64,000 nucleotides of DNA from an uncultured virus (IMG/VR IMGVR_UViG_3300043119_000141) (Duplodnaviria; Heunggongvirae; Uroviricota; Caudoviricetes), in the IMG/VR virus record IMGVR_UViG_3300043119_000141; one strand, given 5' to 3'. The notes beneath the pieces were generated by a model, which had not been told where the DNA came from, ran no database searches, and saw nothing but the letters and a program-made list of their open reading frames with translations. The position numbers were made by a program, and so were the translations under genes. Position 1 is the stretch's first letter. The number at the start of each line of letters is the position of its first letter. Positions 48,380 to 57,943 of this stretch are shown here, in pieces.

Positions 48380-49068
48380 TACTTACCTCCAGTTGCCTGT
48401 TGTCTTGCAGGGTTACCATAAATAGTTGATGCATAACGCTGGAGACCTTGCCATGTAGAATCAAGACCTTGCTGATCAATAGCTCGTTGTTGATTACCAA
48501 GGTTAGCAATACTTGATACACCACCTGAAGCAATACCAGAAGCTGTTTGAGCGCCTGACTGCAAAGCAGATTCAGCGGCAAGACGATTCTTAAACATATT
48601 AGCTTCGTAGTCAGCATCTACTTTAGCAAGTTGTGCTGTTGTCTCAGCGTTCTGAGCACCCTGCATAACAGCTTGTCGTGCTGATCCTAAGGTACCAGCT
48701 GCACCGAAACCTGTGTTAAGTCCAGCTACCTTCTTTTGTGCGTCTTGTACAATACCTGCTTTAGTAGCGGCTAATGTTTCAGCACTAGGTGTAGTCGCCA
48801 TAGTAGACAATCTTTTATTCTGGTCACCTAATGACGCAAGAGCTGTAGAAGTAGTAGCACCAAGTTGTTGAGCACCAGTACCAAATGCTTTTTGTTGCAA
48901 CTCAGAAGCACCAGCTACCTTACCTAGTTCACCCTCACCATACGCTGATTCAGCGGCATTACCAACATTCTTCATATATGGAGCAGCCCAATCAGGAATA
49001 CTACTTACTGTATTACCACCACCGCCACCGTAGTTCTTCTTAATAGAACCATTAATTTTATATTTCAT
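48379..49068 (-). CDS. Internal virion protein (small ejection protein)
   Basis: GGGG...IPDWAAPY N-terminus, AGTLGSARQ, Q/A-rich. Confidence 0.6.
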   Translation of the reverse strand: MKYKINGSIKKNYGGGGGNTVSSIPDWAAPYMKNVGNAAESAYGEGELGKVAGASELQQKAFGTGAQQLGATTSTALASLGDQNKRLSTMATTPSAETLAATKAGIVQDAQKKVAGLNTGFGAAGTLGSARQAVMQGAQNAETTAQLAKVDADYEANMFKNRLAAESALQSGAQTASGIASGGVSSIANLGNQQRAIDQQGLDSTWQGLQRYASTIYGNPARQQATGGK

Positions 49069-49484
49069 TTTAATTCCTTTCGCATTACTACGTAAGCTTC
49101 TTTAAATCCTGGTACATACTTAGGTAGTACCTTTGCCCATCCTGGACGACCCCATTGTTCAATGGCTTTACAACCAGAGTCACGGGCAAATTGTTCTACA
49201 GTAGGGAACACTTTAGATTGTTCTTCAAAATTACTTCCAGAAAAAGCAATAATATGAAGTGTTTTATGTTGAGAATATTGCAAATACTCTGTTAAACCTA
49301 CACCAACAATATTCAATTCATCATCTACTACCGCCCAACATTGAGCAAATTCATTAAGAATTTTCTTCATGTAGTCTGTAAGAGTAGATTCACCTTGACC
49401 ATGTTCAAGAACTTTTCTAAGTAATTCTGAAATAGTCTTCCAGTGTTCTAATGCCTGTTGAGGCGATAGTAAAATTATTTTCAT
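49065..49484 (-). CDS. GNAT-fold-like assembly protein (T7 gp13 / P22 gp14-type position)
   Basis: EQFARDSGCKAIEQWGRPGW motif; directly precedes ejection genes. Confidence 0.55.
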   Translation of the reverse strand: MKIILLSPQQALEHWKTISELLRKVLEHGQGESTLTDYMKKILNEFAQCWAVVDDELNIVGVGLTEYLQYSQHKTLHIIAFSGSNFEEQSKVFPTVEQFARDSGCKAIEQWGRPGWAKVLPKYVPGFKEAYVVMRKELK

Positions 49485-51350
49485 TTAAACCTTTAATTTA
49501 GCTTCTAATGCTTCTACTTTAGCGGTTAACTCTTGTATTGCTTTAGTTAATACAGCAATGTATGATGGGTAGTGTACAACATCAAAACCTTTTTCATTAC
49601 CAGCTATTAAGTCTGGTTCATGATAAACAAGAGAACTTCCTTTGGGAATTAACTTTTCCACATCTGTAGTTAAAAAGCCATAACCAAATTGTTCTTTAGG
49701 GTCGTTAATAAGACGATACTTTTTAGGTATTAAACTCTTAACAAAGTTTAAACCAAGATCAATATCTGTAATATCTTTTTTCAATCGTGGATCTGAGGGG
49801 CTTGATGTTTGAACAGTAAGAGTAACTGTATTACCTGAACCTGATGTACCAACATAAGCACCAGCAATACCTGTTGATCCGCTACCTAATATATTTAAAC
49901 CAGAGCCACCTGCATTAGCTGTCCCTGAATTAGTTGGAAAGATTCTTGCCCAAGATGAATCAGGATAACCACCTAAAGCTCCTGAATCAGAGGCATAAGA
50001 AGTACTACCAGAACTACTAGCATAAGATGGTGTTCCACTTAAGGTAAGAGACACAGCACCAGTAGAAGCAGAAGCAGATAAGCTAAGACCACTAGAAGAA
50101 CTACTTGCAGATAAACTTGTTACTCCACCACCACCTCCTGATGGGGTAGCCCATTGACCGTCATTACGAAGAAATAAGGTAGTTGATCCTGTTGGTTGAT
50201 TGATTGTGTATGAACCCCAAACAAATCGACCTTGTTGAATTTGAAATGAAGTTGTGGTTGTTGAATCTGATGAACAAATTAAACCAATACCGCTACTATA
50301 ACCAGTAAAATATCCACCAATACTATTGCTGGATCCTACCACACCAATACCAACACCACCAGAAACACCAGAAGGCGATTGTGCATAACCAACAACTCCT
50401 GCGTTCCAAATACTACCTGAAGATGTTGCTGTTCCTAAAACACCTGCTCTGGCATTTCCAAATGTAGCGTTAGTTGAACCATTACTGAGGGAAGAATAAT
50501 CAATATTGTAATTACCATCATAAACAAAAATTGGTGTTGATGTTGGGTTATCACCTAAAAATACAGCATCACCATTAGTGTTAATGTCTCCTTTAAAAAG
50601 AGCACTACCTGTAGTAGCATCAATGGTAAAGGTAGTATCTGAAGCTGTTCTACCTGCAATACCTTTACTTGTGAATGCTACACCAGCTCCCGTAACATTA
50701 CCTGAACCATCGATAGAAATTGTACCAGTCTTGAATCCACCAGCAGAACTAAATGTAATACCTCCACTAAGAATATCTGAGGCACTTTTATTTAGCTTAC
50801 CAGACAAACCACTTAAAGCCGCATCAGCAGTACTTTGTGCAGTAGCCGCATTTGAGATAGCAATGTTAGCAGTAGCTTGAGCTGCAGCCGCAGCAGCATT
50901 AGCTGTTGAAGCAGTGACAACATCGAGGTCAATAGCAGAACCTGAATCAACTACATAAGATGAGCTTGGTGCAGATGTAGAAACAGAGAACATAATCTGA
51001 CGACCACCATTAACTAAGTAATATAAAAACTTAGTTGTACCAAACCCACCAGAGGCTAAATACCAAGTGTAATCAGCAGGGTTAGTTGACTCTGTTGTTG
51101 ATGCATTGTTATTAACACCAAAGAAAAGTTTATTAGTAGGTGAATTAGAAAGGTTAGTACCAATGTTATCATCAGCATATTTAACTTGAATATATTGATA
51201 CAAGTAATACAAAATACTGCCTGTATTACCATCATAGATTTTACCTGTATTAGGGTCTACTAACACCCCGTTATTAGCATCTGTTTCCAGAGCTAATTGA
51301 GCAAGATAAGCATCAAGCTCACTGTTACCAGTAATAGGCGGATTAAACAT
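49485..51350 (-). CDS. Tail fibre/spike with C-terminal intramolecular chaperone (Peptidase S74)
   Basis: SDPRLKKDI...GL.FV..L.P..Y...YGF...LTKAIQEL. Confidence 0.8.
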   Translation of the reverse strand: MFNPPITGNSELDAYLAQLALETDANNGVLVDPNTGKIYDGNTGSILYYLYQYIQVKYADDNIGTNLSNSPTNKLFFGVNNNASTTESTNPADYTWYLASGGFGTTKFLYYLVNGGRQIMFSVSTSAPSSSYVVDSGSAIDLDVVTASTANAAAAAAQATANIAISNAATAQSTADAALSGLSGKLNKSASDILSGGITFSSAGGFKTGTISIDGSGNVTGAGVAFTSKGIAGRTASDTTFTIDATTGSALFKGDINTNGDAVFLGDNPTSTPIFVYDGNYNIDYSSLSNGSTNATFGNARAGVLGTATSSGSIWNAGVVGYAQSPSGVSGGVGIGVVGSSNSIGGYFTGYSSGIGLICSSDSTTTTSFQIQQGRFVWGSYTINQPTGSTTLFLRNDGQWATPSGGGGGVTSLSASSSSSGLSLSASASTGAVSLTLSGTPSYASSSGSTSYASDSGALGGYPDSSWARIFPTNSGTANAGGSGLNILGSGSTGIAGAYVGTSGSGNTVTLTVQTSSPSDPRLKKDITDIDLGLNFVKSLIPKKYRLINDPKEQFGYGFLTTDVEKLIPKGSSLVYHEPDLIAGNEKGFDVVHYPSYIAVLTKAIQELTAKVEALEAKLKV

Positions 51351-51351
51351 A

Positions 51352-52878
51352 TTATCTCCTGTCTGCTGGTTTTACATCGAAAGCAATAATTGGAAGTCTC
51401 CAATAGTCTGTTGAAGATATTTTAAAATTAAGCAACCTACCGTTAACACGAGGGTCTACTTTATAGCCTTGTGCTTTATCATTACTAGGTTGAAATATAA
51501 ATTGATCTGAAGAAGTATATGATGGTGTATTAATAAGATTACTCTGACCAATAACACTGATAGTAATATTAGCATTAACAGGTACAGTATCAAAGATAGG
51601 ATAAATAGAACTAATAAGAGTACTACCTGTTGTATCACCTGTATTAAGTTTTCTTTTCTCTACATATGAAGTGAACCCTGCAAGAGCAGTTCCATTCCAC
51701 ATTTGATAACCATCATTTGTAATAAGTGTTTGTGTTGTATTAGTAGTCATATATACTACTTGTTTACCGTATTGGAACTGATTACTTGCATTAGCTGGTC
51801 CAGAAAAGGCATAAGTAATATTACCTAATGTTCTCTTTGTCCATGTATTATTTTTATAATTATATATTAATGCTTCAGTACATACAGTAGAAGATCCTTT
51901 AGGATAGCATATCCAGATCTCTTTATAGAATGGGTTCTTTACAATGTGTACTTTATCAATAGCGTTTGTATTAAGGTTAGAAAAGAAATACTTTTTAATA
52001 CGGAAATCAGCAAGAGAAGTAATCTCTCCTGAACCATTATGAATATAAATATCATTACGATCAACAACAAAATGTTTACCATCAAACTCACATACACAGT
52101 CTGTATTGAGGATACCGTAAGACGTAGAATAGTTCGTTACTTTACTGACATTACCAATAGACAATATATTAATACTGTCTGAAGAATACACAAACATGTT
52201 TCCTCTTAGTAGAGCCATATCAAGTACAGGTGAAGTAGAGCTTAATTCAAACTCATCAGCTGTGTCTGTTGTAGTTCCGGGTTGCCATACCTGAGGAATG
52301 TTACCAGTAGGGGCTTGAACAGAAACACGAATAGTTCCGGGAGCGTATGTTGTAATACCACTCTGTGTTAAGCTAAGATTAGCCGCAACAAGAGAGTAGT
52401 TAAGTGACCTGATAACCTTAGCAGTCACTGTAAGACCGCTAATATAATTCCATCCGGGTAATGGTTGAAATGATGATCCTGCTGTTGAACTACCGTATAA
52501 GCAATACAACGGTGTTGTTGTTCCATTGTTAAGGATAATAGCAAAGCCACCATTAAATGTAGTACCTTGCCAGTCACTGTTATTATACAGTGGATCAGAA
52601 CTAGTAAACATACTAGATGAACTACCTGCAGAATCTACTCTGACGATGTCACCATTCTTAGCAAAGATATTATAACCTTGATCAGGTCGTCTCCAATGAA
52701 TACCATAGTCAGGACTAATAGATACAACCCTAGAAGTTGTTTCACCAGTAATTGTTTGTACTGCATCATCATCAAACCTGACGTTAAGTACGTCTGTAAA
52801 TGTATTCATAGGTACAATCACTGGGGCTAGGTCTGTATTTAGACCTCCCTTACCAAGGTCTCTTATTTGTTCTGCCAT
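51352..52878 (-). CDS. Tail nozzle / tubular protein B-like
   Basis: GGLNTDLAP, NVRF, EIWICYP...ALIYNYKNNTWT beta-propeller-type motifs. Confidence 0.7.
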   Translation of the reverse strand: MAEQIRDLGKGGLNTDLAPVIVPMNTFTDVLNVRFDDDAVQTITGETTSRVVSISPDYGIHWRRPDQGYNIFAKNGDIVRVDSAGSSSSMFTSSDPLYNNSDWQGTTFNGGFAIILNNGTTTPLYCLYGSSTAGSSFQPLPGWNYISGLTVTAKVIRSLNYSLVAANLSLTQSGITTYAPGTIRVSVQAPTGNIPQVWQPGTTTDTADEFELSSTSPVLDMALLRGNMFVYSSDSINILSIGNVSKVTNYSTSYGILNTDCVCEFDGKHFVVDRNDIYIHNGSGEITSLADFRIKKYFFSNLNTNAIDKVHIVKNPFYKEIWICYPKGSSTVCTEALIYNYKNNTWTKRTLGNITYAFSGPANASNQFQYGKQVVYMTTNTTQTLITNDGYQMWNGTALAGFTSYVEKRKLNTGDTTGSTLISSIYPIFDTVPVNANITISVIGQSNLINTPSYTSSDQFIFQPSNDKAQGYKVDPRVNGRLLNFKISSTDYWRLPIIAFDVKPADRR

Positions 52879-52893
52879 ATGGTATTCTCCTTG

Positions 52894-53577
52894 TTAAATT
52901 TTTTCTTTAATAAAAGCTCTAACCAATTGACCAACAATATCTGACCTGACAATATCATTTACTGTAAACCTAACAATAGGAATTTCAATATCATGTTTCT
53001 CACAGATATTACAGAAACGAATAATATTAGAACCATTATCAATATCGGATTGAGATGAGTCACCCATAAGAACCATCTTAGAGTTTTCACCTAGCCTTGT
53101 TGTTATAGCCTTAAGCTCTTCAATAGTTAAGTTCTGACATTCATCAACTAGTACTAAAGAATTTTCGTATGATCTACCACGGATAGTTTCTAGTGGCTGT
53201 AATTGTAGGATACCCTTAGCTTTAATATACTCAAATTTAGTTTTACCTAGTTGTTTTTCTAGTACTGTAATAAGAGGTAATAGCCACGGGGTTAGTTTCT
53301 CATTGATGTCGCCAGGAAAGAATCCTAATGATCTTCCTGTGGGTACATTACTTCGGGTAAGAATAATATTATTATACTTACCTGTCAGATATAGTTGTGC
53401 AATCTTACTTGCAGCACAATATGTTTTACCCACACCAGCGGCACCAAGAGTAACTGTAATAGGAAACTCGTTGATTGCTTCTAACAATAATTTTTGGTTG
53501 TGTGTCTTGGGATTAATATGAAAAGCTTTTTCTTCTTTGAAAAACTTTTCGTTACGTTGTTTAATACTACGTTTCAA
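52894..53577 (-). CDS. phoH: PhoH-family ATPase
   Basis: GAAGVGKT, LGFFPGD, RGRSY, VDECQN, TRLGENSK, GDSSQSD, DIVRS. Confidence 0.95.
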   Translation of the reverse strand: MKRSIKQRNEKFFKEEKAFHINPKTHNQKLLLEAINEFPITVTLGAAGVGKTYCAASKIAQLYLTGKYNNIILTRSNVPTGRSLGFFPGDINEKLTPWLLPLITVLEKQLGKTKFEYIKAKGILQLQPLETIRGRSYENSLVLVDECQNLTIEELKAITTRLGENSKMVLMGDSSQSDIDNGSNIIRFCNICEKHDIEIPIVRFTVNDIVRSDIVGQLVRAFIKEKI

Positions 53578-53622
53578 CGTTGTTCCTTTTATTTCTATAA
53601 TGATAGTATAACTATCGTTATC

Positions 53623-53639
53623 CTATTAGGTACCGAGTA
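53623..53639 (-). promoter_or_regulatory. Phage RNAP promoter (TACTCGGTACCTAATAG) for phoH/tail/ejection genes
   Basis: Consensus match overlapping the endolysin stop. Confidence 0.7.
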
Positions 53640-54072
53640 ATTGGCATTCAGCTTTGCGTCTCTTATCGAGTCCAGCAAGAACTTTACCGCCACCTTTATT
53701 CCATTTCATTAACTCCGCTTTAGCGGCTTTCCAATCTTGTTCATTAATCTTTCGTCTTAATGTGCTGGTTTGAAGTCTGCCAACTCCCAAGTTATAGCAG
53801 AAGTCTACAATGGCGTTTAATTTTCTTTCGTCTGTAGCTAGTACAGGACAATACTTAAGTACTCCGGGTAAATAAGTATGGTGTAATTCTCTGAGTAAAA
53901 GGTCGTAAGCCTCAGGCTCACTCATAGGAGCGTCCTGAAGCGTTACCTTTTTACCATCAGCATAGTATGTACTGCCATAGCCAATAGTAGCTACATTGGC
54001 AGGACACAAGTAGGGCTTAGACCTAAAGCCCTCAAACTTTTTACATAAGTCTGCGGCTAGTGTTAAGTTCAT
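53626..54072 (-). CDS. Endolysin, GH24 lysozyme
   Basis: FEGFRSKPYLCPANVATIGYGST, FCYNLG, STL.RKIN, GLDKRRKAE. Confidence 0.9.
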   Translation of the reverse strand: MNLTLAADLCKKFEGFRSKPYLCPANVATIGYGSTYYADGKKVTLQDAPMSEPEAYDLLLRELHHTYLPGVLKYCPVLATDERKLNAIVDFCYNLGVGRLQTSTLRRKINEQDWKAAKAELMKWNKGGGKVLAGLDKRRKAECQLLGT

Positions 54073-54566
54073 AGTCCACGTTTATTTAATGTACGATCAA
54101 GGAACCAGTAGTTTAAAGTACCAGACACAAGAGCAGAGAAATCTGCTGACATCATTACTTTAAATACGTCTACTGGAGGCATACCGTTAACCCATGAGTT
54201 ATAAGCTAACCATACATGAACAAATGACCAGAGAGCTAAGATCCAGTATGTTACTACAGGACGTACTGAGGCAGACAGCGCAGCCACAAAGTTACTACCT
54301 GAAGCTTTAACCATTTCTGTTTGTTGTTCAATAGCAGACTGGAAAGCACCCATGACACCTACGTCAATAGCGGCGTCTCGTTGAGCGCCAATCTCGGCTA
54401 ACTTTTGTTGACCACGTTGAGCTTCAAGATCACACTGAAACTTAAACATGTTAAGCTCATGTGCACGTTCATCTTTCTTATCCATCCATTTAAGGACTTC
54501 AGGGGCAAGTCGGAATAGACCACCGAATAGCGATCCAAGAATACCGCCACTTAAAATATCTAACAT
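54069..54566 (-). CDS. Putative holin
   Basis: ASVRPVVTY and YWFLDRT motifs, transmembrane segments, next to endolysin. Confidence 0.55.
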   Translation of the reverse strand: MLDILSGGILGSLFGGLFRLAPEVLKWMDKKDERAHELNMFKFQCDLEAQRGQQKLAEIGAQRDAAIDVGVMGAFQSAIEQQTEMVKASGSNFVAALSASVRPVVTYWILALWSFVHVWLAYNSWVNGMPPVDVFKVMMSADFSALVSGTLNYWFLDRTLNKRGL

Positions 54567-54569
54567 ATA

Positions 54570-54830
54570 TTATTCCTTACAATGTGGGCAATGATGTTTC
54601 TTTTTATCTTCATCACCATGAGAGAGCTTAACACCAGCTAACAAACCAATAAATCCACCGACAATAGTTTGAAATGCTGGAGAAAGTAGTTTAAAGATCT
54701 CTGCATTATCAACTTCTTTAGCCCATAAGCCAAGAACAAATGCAGCCATCATAGCTAACACTGATAAACACAGTGTAAATGCAACCATAAAAGTAACATT
54801 ATAAGTTAGCTTAGCTTTAATATCATCCAT
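54570..54830 (-). CDS. Two-transmembrane membrane protein (lysis module)
   Basis: Two hydrophobic helices; PAFQTIVGGFIGLLAG. Confidence 0.55.
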   Translation of the reverse strand: MDDIKAKLTYNVTFMVAFTLCLSVLAMMAAFVLGLWAKEVDNAEIFKLLSPAFQTIVGGFIGLLAGVKLSHGDEDKKKHHCPHCKE

Positions 54831-54840
54831 GGATTCTTCC

Positions 54841-55077
54841 TTATACGTAGATGTCGATCGTTGGGTTGTTGATTTGTCTCTCGACAATAAGCTCTTTATT
54901 TTTAATAGCATATAATTCTAGTTCGTAGTTATGAAATTTTCGAGTTAATCTCTCTATTTCCCTTATTATATTTCTCTCTATATTAAATAGTTCGAGTCTC
55001 TTCTGATACAGATCAGATTGAGTAGGGTTATATGATGGGACAACAACTGGGTAATACTTATCAAAACTAAGTATCAT
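54841..55077 (-). CDS. Hypothetical protein
   Basis: Packed ORF. Confidence 0.45.
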   Translation of the reverse strand: MILSFDKYYPVVVPSYNPTQSDLYQKRLELFNIERNIIREIERLTRKFHNYELELYAIKNKELIVERQINNPTIDIYV

Positions 55078-55367
55078 TTCTTTTGTTCTCTCTGAAGTGC
55101 TTTTTCATATAGCAAAGCAACCTTAACTCTTAGTTGAGCGCTGTCAGATGAGCCTAACCATTCACTCATACCGTTCCATATAAAAGTTAAGTCTTCTGAA
55201 GAACACTTTAATCCGTTATAAGATAGCCACTTATCTGCTTGGTCATGCCTCTCCGATGGATTATTCAGGGTCATACATAAACCGTAGAATTCCATAGGAG
55301 AGCATTTAGTTGGTTGAGCAAATAAAGGTACAGCTATTAATAAAATTAAAGTTAATAACCACTTCAT
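55074..55367 (-). CDS. Secreted/periplasmic protein with signal peptide
   Basis: MKWLLTLILLIAVPLFA. Confidence 0.5.
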   Translation of the reverse strand: MKWLLTLILLIAVPLFAQPTKCSPMEFYGLCMTLNNPSERHDQADKWLSYNGLKCSSEDLTFIWNGMSEWLGSSDSAQLRVKVALLYEKALQREQKK

Positions 55368-55594
55368 TTTAAATGTATTCGGTTTTCAATAGCCAACCAA
55401 ATAGCACCAAAGAAAGCTCCAATGATAATAATTGGTTTAACTGCTTTAGCGAACCATTCAAGTACAGTAAATGCACCTTGAGCAGCGTTGAAAGCTTGAA
55501 CAACAGATTGAGTACTCTTATCTAAATTATCTACCTTAGCCTCAACAGCAAGTAGTCTTTCGTATATTTGTTTATGACTTACTTCGTCTGTCAT
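55364..55594 (-). CDS. Small coiled-coil protein with C-terminal transmembrane helix (holin/spanin-like)
   Basis: IYERLLAVEAKVD, C-terminal hydrophobic helix. Confidence 0.5.
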   Translation of the reverse strand: MTDEVSHKQIYERLLAVEAKVDNLDKSTQSVVQAFNAAQGAFTVLEWFAKAVKPIIIIGAFFGAIWLAIENRIHLK

Positions 55595-55854
55595 TATGCC
55601 TCCGGTTTAGGATATTTATCTTTTACTGCTAAACATTTGTTAATGTATTCTTGTATTTGTTGCTGGTCACCTTTAACTACACCATCAATATAGTCTGTAA
55701 TAGGGGGATATTCTTCTTTACGCTGGAACTGGTATTTAATACTATTTTGTTTTTCAACTTCTATTAAATACAATTGTTCTTTTTCATCCCACTCTAATTC
55801 TTCTTCTTCGGTAAAAGGAATATTACCATTTGCTGTTGCGTGAAATCTATTCAT
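55594..55854 (-). CDS. Tail fibre assembly-like protein
   Basis: YQFQRKEEYPPI.D..D...AVKDKYPKP. Confidence 0.6.
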   Translation of the reverse strand: MNRFHATANGNIPFTEEEELEWDEKEQLYLIEVEKQNSIKYQFQRKEEYPPITDYIDGVVKGDQQQIQEYINKCLAVKDKYPKPEA

Positions 55855-55863
55855 AACTATTCC

Positions 55864-57183
55864 TTAACTATTCTTTAAACCATAAACACGAACTACACCT
55901 GTTATAGTTCCAGCTGCTGGGCTTATTTTTAATCCAGTCAAATTATTTGTGGTTCCTGCACCGATAGCACCAATTAACGGGTATGCAGTTCCATTAGAAG
56001 AATTTGACCAAGTACCAGAAACACTTACAGATTTATATATGCTTGTATTTAAGGGTTGTACAACAGACAAAGTTAATGATTGACTTAAGGGAGCATGAAT
56101 TCCATAAGACGGTGATATTAAATACCCTTGATTTTGAGAGCTTGTAGCAAACAAGGTTCCCCATCCACCAGCACAATACTGGAGTTGTGTACCATAATTA
56201 CCTGTATCAAAGTACAAACTACCATTAATATAAAAATATAAATACACGGTAGTTGAATTAGTCATATTCAAACCTTCAGCAAATATAAGATACTGATCAT
56301 AAGTTGATGTAAAAATTCCTGGCATATCAATAGTTGATGCACCTGAAGCTGTAACTGTACTTACTAATGACATTGAACCAGAACTAATATTTGTCCACGC
56401 AGTAGTAGAACCATCTGTAGATAAATATTTACCTGAATTACCTGTTTGACTAGGTGCAAGAGCATTAAACGCTGTATTAGCAGTTGTTTGACCTGTACCA
56501 CCATTATTAATACCTAATGTACCAGTAACTTGTGTAGCTAGGTTTACATCGGTTACTGTTGCATAAGTAACTACCCATGTAGAACCAGAGTACACCTTCA
56601 TTAAATTACTTGTAGTATTAAAGTACAATGCTCCTGTTATTAGGGGATTACCGTCATTATCTACACTGGGGTCACTTGATTTTGCACCAAGATATCTATC
56701 ATCAAAGCTATCATAAACAGCTAATGCAGAATCTCTAGCAGATTGAGCAGAGACCATTGCAGAGTTAGCTGATGATGCAGAAGCAGAGGCATTATTAGAA
56801 TATGTTAGAGCATTAGAAGCACTAGCTGAAGCATTATTAGCACTTGTATTTGCAGACGTTGCAGCATTAGAAGCCGCTGTTACAGATCCAGCTGTTGTTG
56901 CTGCTGCATTAACTGCAGAATTAGAAGCGTTGATTGCTGTTGTTGCAGCTGCAGAGGCAGTCGTAGCAGATGTACTAGCAGATGTTGCAGATAATCCTGC
57001 ACTGGTTTGGCTGACAAGGGCTGCAGCAGCTGATGCCGCTGCCTCTGATGCACTTTGAATAGCAGAGCTTGTAGACTCTGCTGTCAGTTGTTGATAGCTA
57101 AATGAGCTAGATGTATCAGCATCTTCATACTGACCCCCATTAGCAAGCTGGGTTGTTAAACCGGGTTTTCTATCGTAGCCCAT
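55864..57183 (-). CDS. Second (short) tail fibre
   Basis: Same N-terminal anchor as the fibre starting at 2235; GTLGINNGGTG motif; different distal domain. Confidence 0.75.
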   Translation of the reverse strand: MGYDRKPGLTTQLANGGQYEDADTSSSFSYQQLTAESTSSAIQSASEAAASAAAALVSQTSAGLSATSASTSATTASAAATTAINASNSAVNAAATTAGSVTAASNAATSANTSANNASASASNALTYSNNASASASSANSAMVSAQSARDSALAVYDSFDDRYLGAKSSDPSVDNDGNPLITGALYFNTTSNLMKVYSGSTWVVTYATVTDVNLATQVTGTLGINNGGTGQTTANTAFNALAPSQTGNSGKYLSTDGSTTAWTNISSGSMSLVSTVTASGASTIDMPGIFTSTYDQYLIFAEGLNMTNSTTVYLYFYINGSLYFDTGNYGTQLQYCAGGWGTLFATSSQNQGYLISPSYGIHAPLSQSLTLSVVQPLNTSIYKSVSVSGTWSNSSNGTAYPLIGAIGAGTTNNLTGLKISPAAGTITGVVRVYGLKNS

Positions 57184-57203
57184 TTATTAATCTCCTTATT
57201 TTA

Positions 57204-57506
57204 TTAAGCACCCCAAGGTAGTGGAGCAGGTTGTGGTGTAGGAATATTAGCTTGTGCAATCAATGCATCAACTTCACCTTCCATAGCGGCTACACGATCT
57301 TCACCAAGAGCTGACTTAGTCCAGGACAATGCCTGTTCTTGAGTGATTTCATTAAAGGGTGTAAAATTTTCAGGGTTTGCTGGAAGAAGATTAACAGAGT
57401 AGCTAACTGACTGACCGTCTTTAGCAATAGTAAAGTTAGACATTACTACTGTTTGTGGTTCAGGTTCATTCATAACCTGAAGTGAATTTACTGTCCAATT
57501 ATACAT
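57204..57506 (-). CDS. Tail fibre-associated protein
   Basis: MYNWTV...FTPFNEITQEQALSW...PLPW. Confidence 0.6.
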   Translation of the reverse strand: MYNWTVNSLQVMNEPEPQTVVMSNFTIAKDGQSVSYSVNLLPANPENFTPFNEITQEQALSWTKSALGEDRVAAMEGEVDALIAQANIPTPQPAPLPWGA

Positions 57507-57651
57507 CAACGATCTCCTCATTCTTAGGTGTTTGCTCTTGTACCTGACGAGCAATTTCATTCATAACAAGGAAAGCACCTGTTTTACTAGGCAGTTCTCC
57601 AAGGACTTGTTGAATAAAATTTACTGTGTTATCATCTAATTCGAGTTTCAT
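57499..57651 (-). CDS. Small hypothetical protein (50 aa)
   Basis: MKLELDDNTVNFIQQVLGELP; AGGA RBS. Confidence 0.5.
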   Translation of the reverse strand: MKLELDDNTVNFIQQVLGELPSKTGAFLVMNEIARQVQEQTPKNEEIVDV

Positions 57652-57663
57652 ATATATCCTATA

Positions 57664-57933
57664 TTATACGTCTGTTGCACCAGCGTATTGAGTGAAAGTT
57701 TTTAATACACCATAGATAGCTGGAATCAAGTCGCCTGACAAGTCTTCCATGTTAATATAGTGGGCTTGTTGTTGAATAGAGGGACGACCCGTTTTGCGAG
57801 CCTCCTCTGTTGCATGAATCTCAACTTGAACTTGAAGTTGATCCTTGGTACCAAAGAAGTTTGTGATCCTAGCGTAAGCTTGTACCTCAGACTGTCCATT
57901 GGTATTGTTTGTTGCTGTAATTTGTAGTGCCAT
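57664..57933 (-). CDS. Tail fibre-associated protein
   Basis: MALQ...AYARI...YGVLKT...GATDV, directly after long fibre. Confidence 0.6.
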   Translation of the reverse strand: MALQITATNNTNGQSEVQAYARITNFFGTKDQLQVQVEIHATEEARKTGRPSIQQQAHYINMEDLSGDLIPAIYGVLKTFTQYAGATDV

Positions 57934-57943
57934 ATATAGCTCC

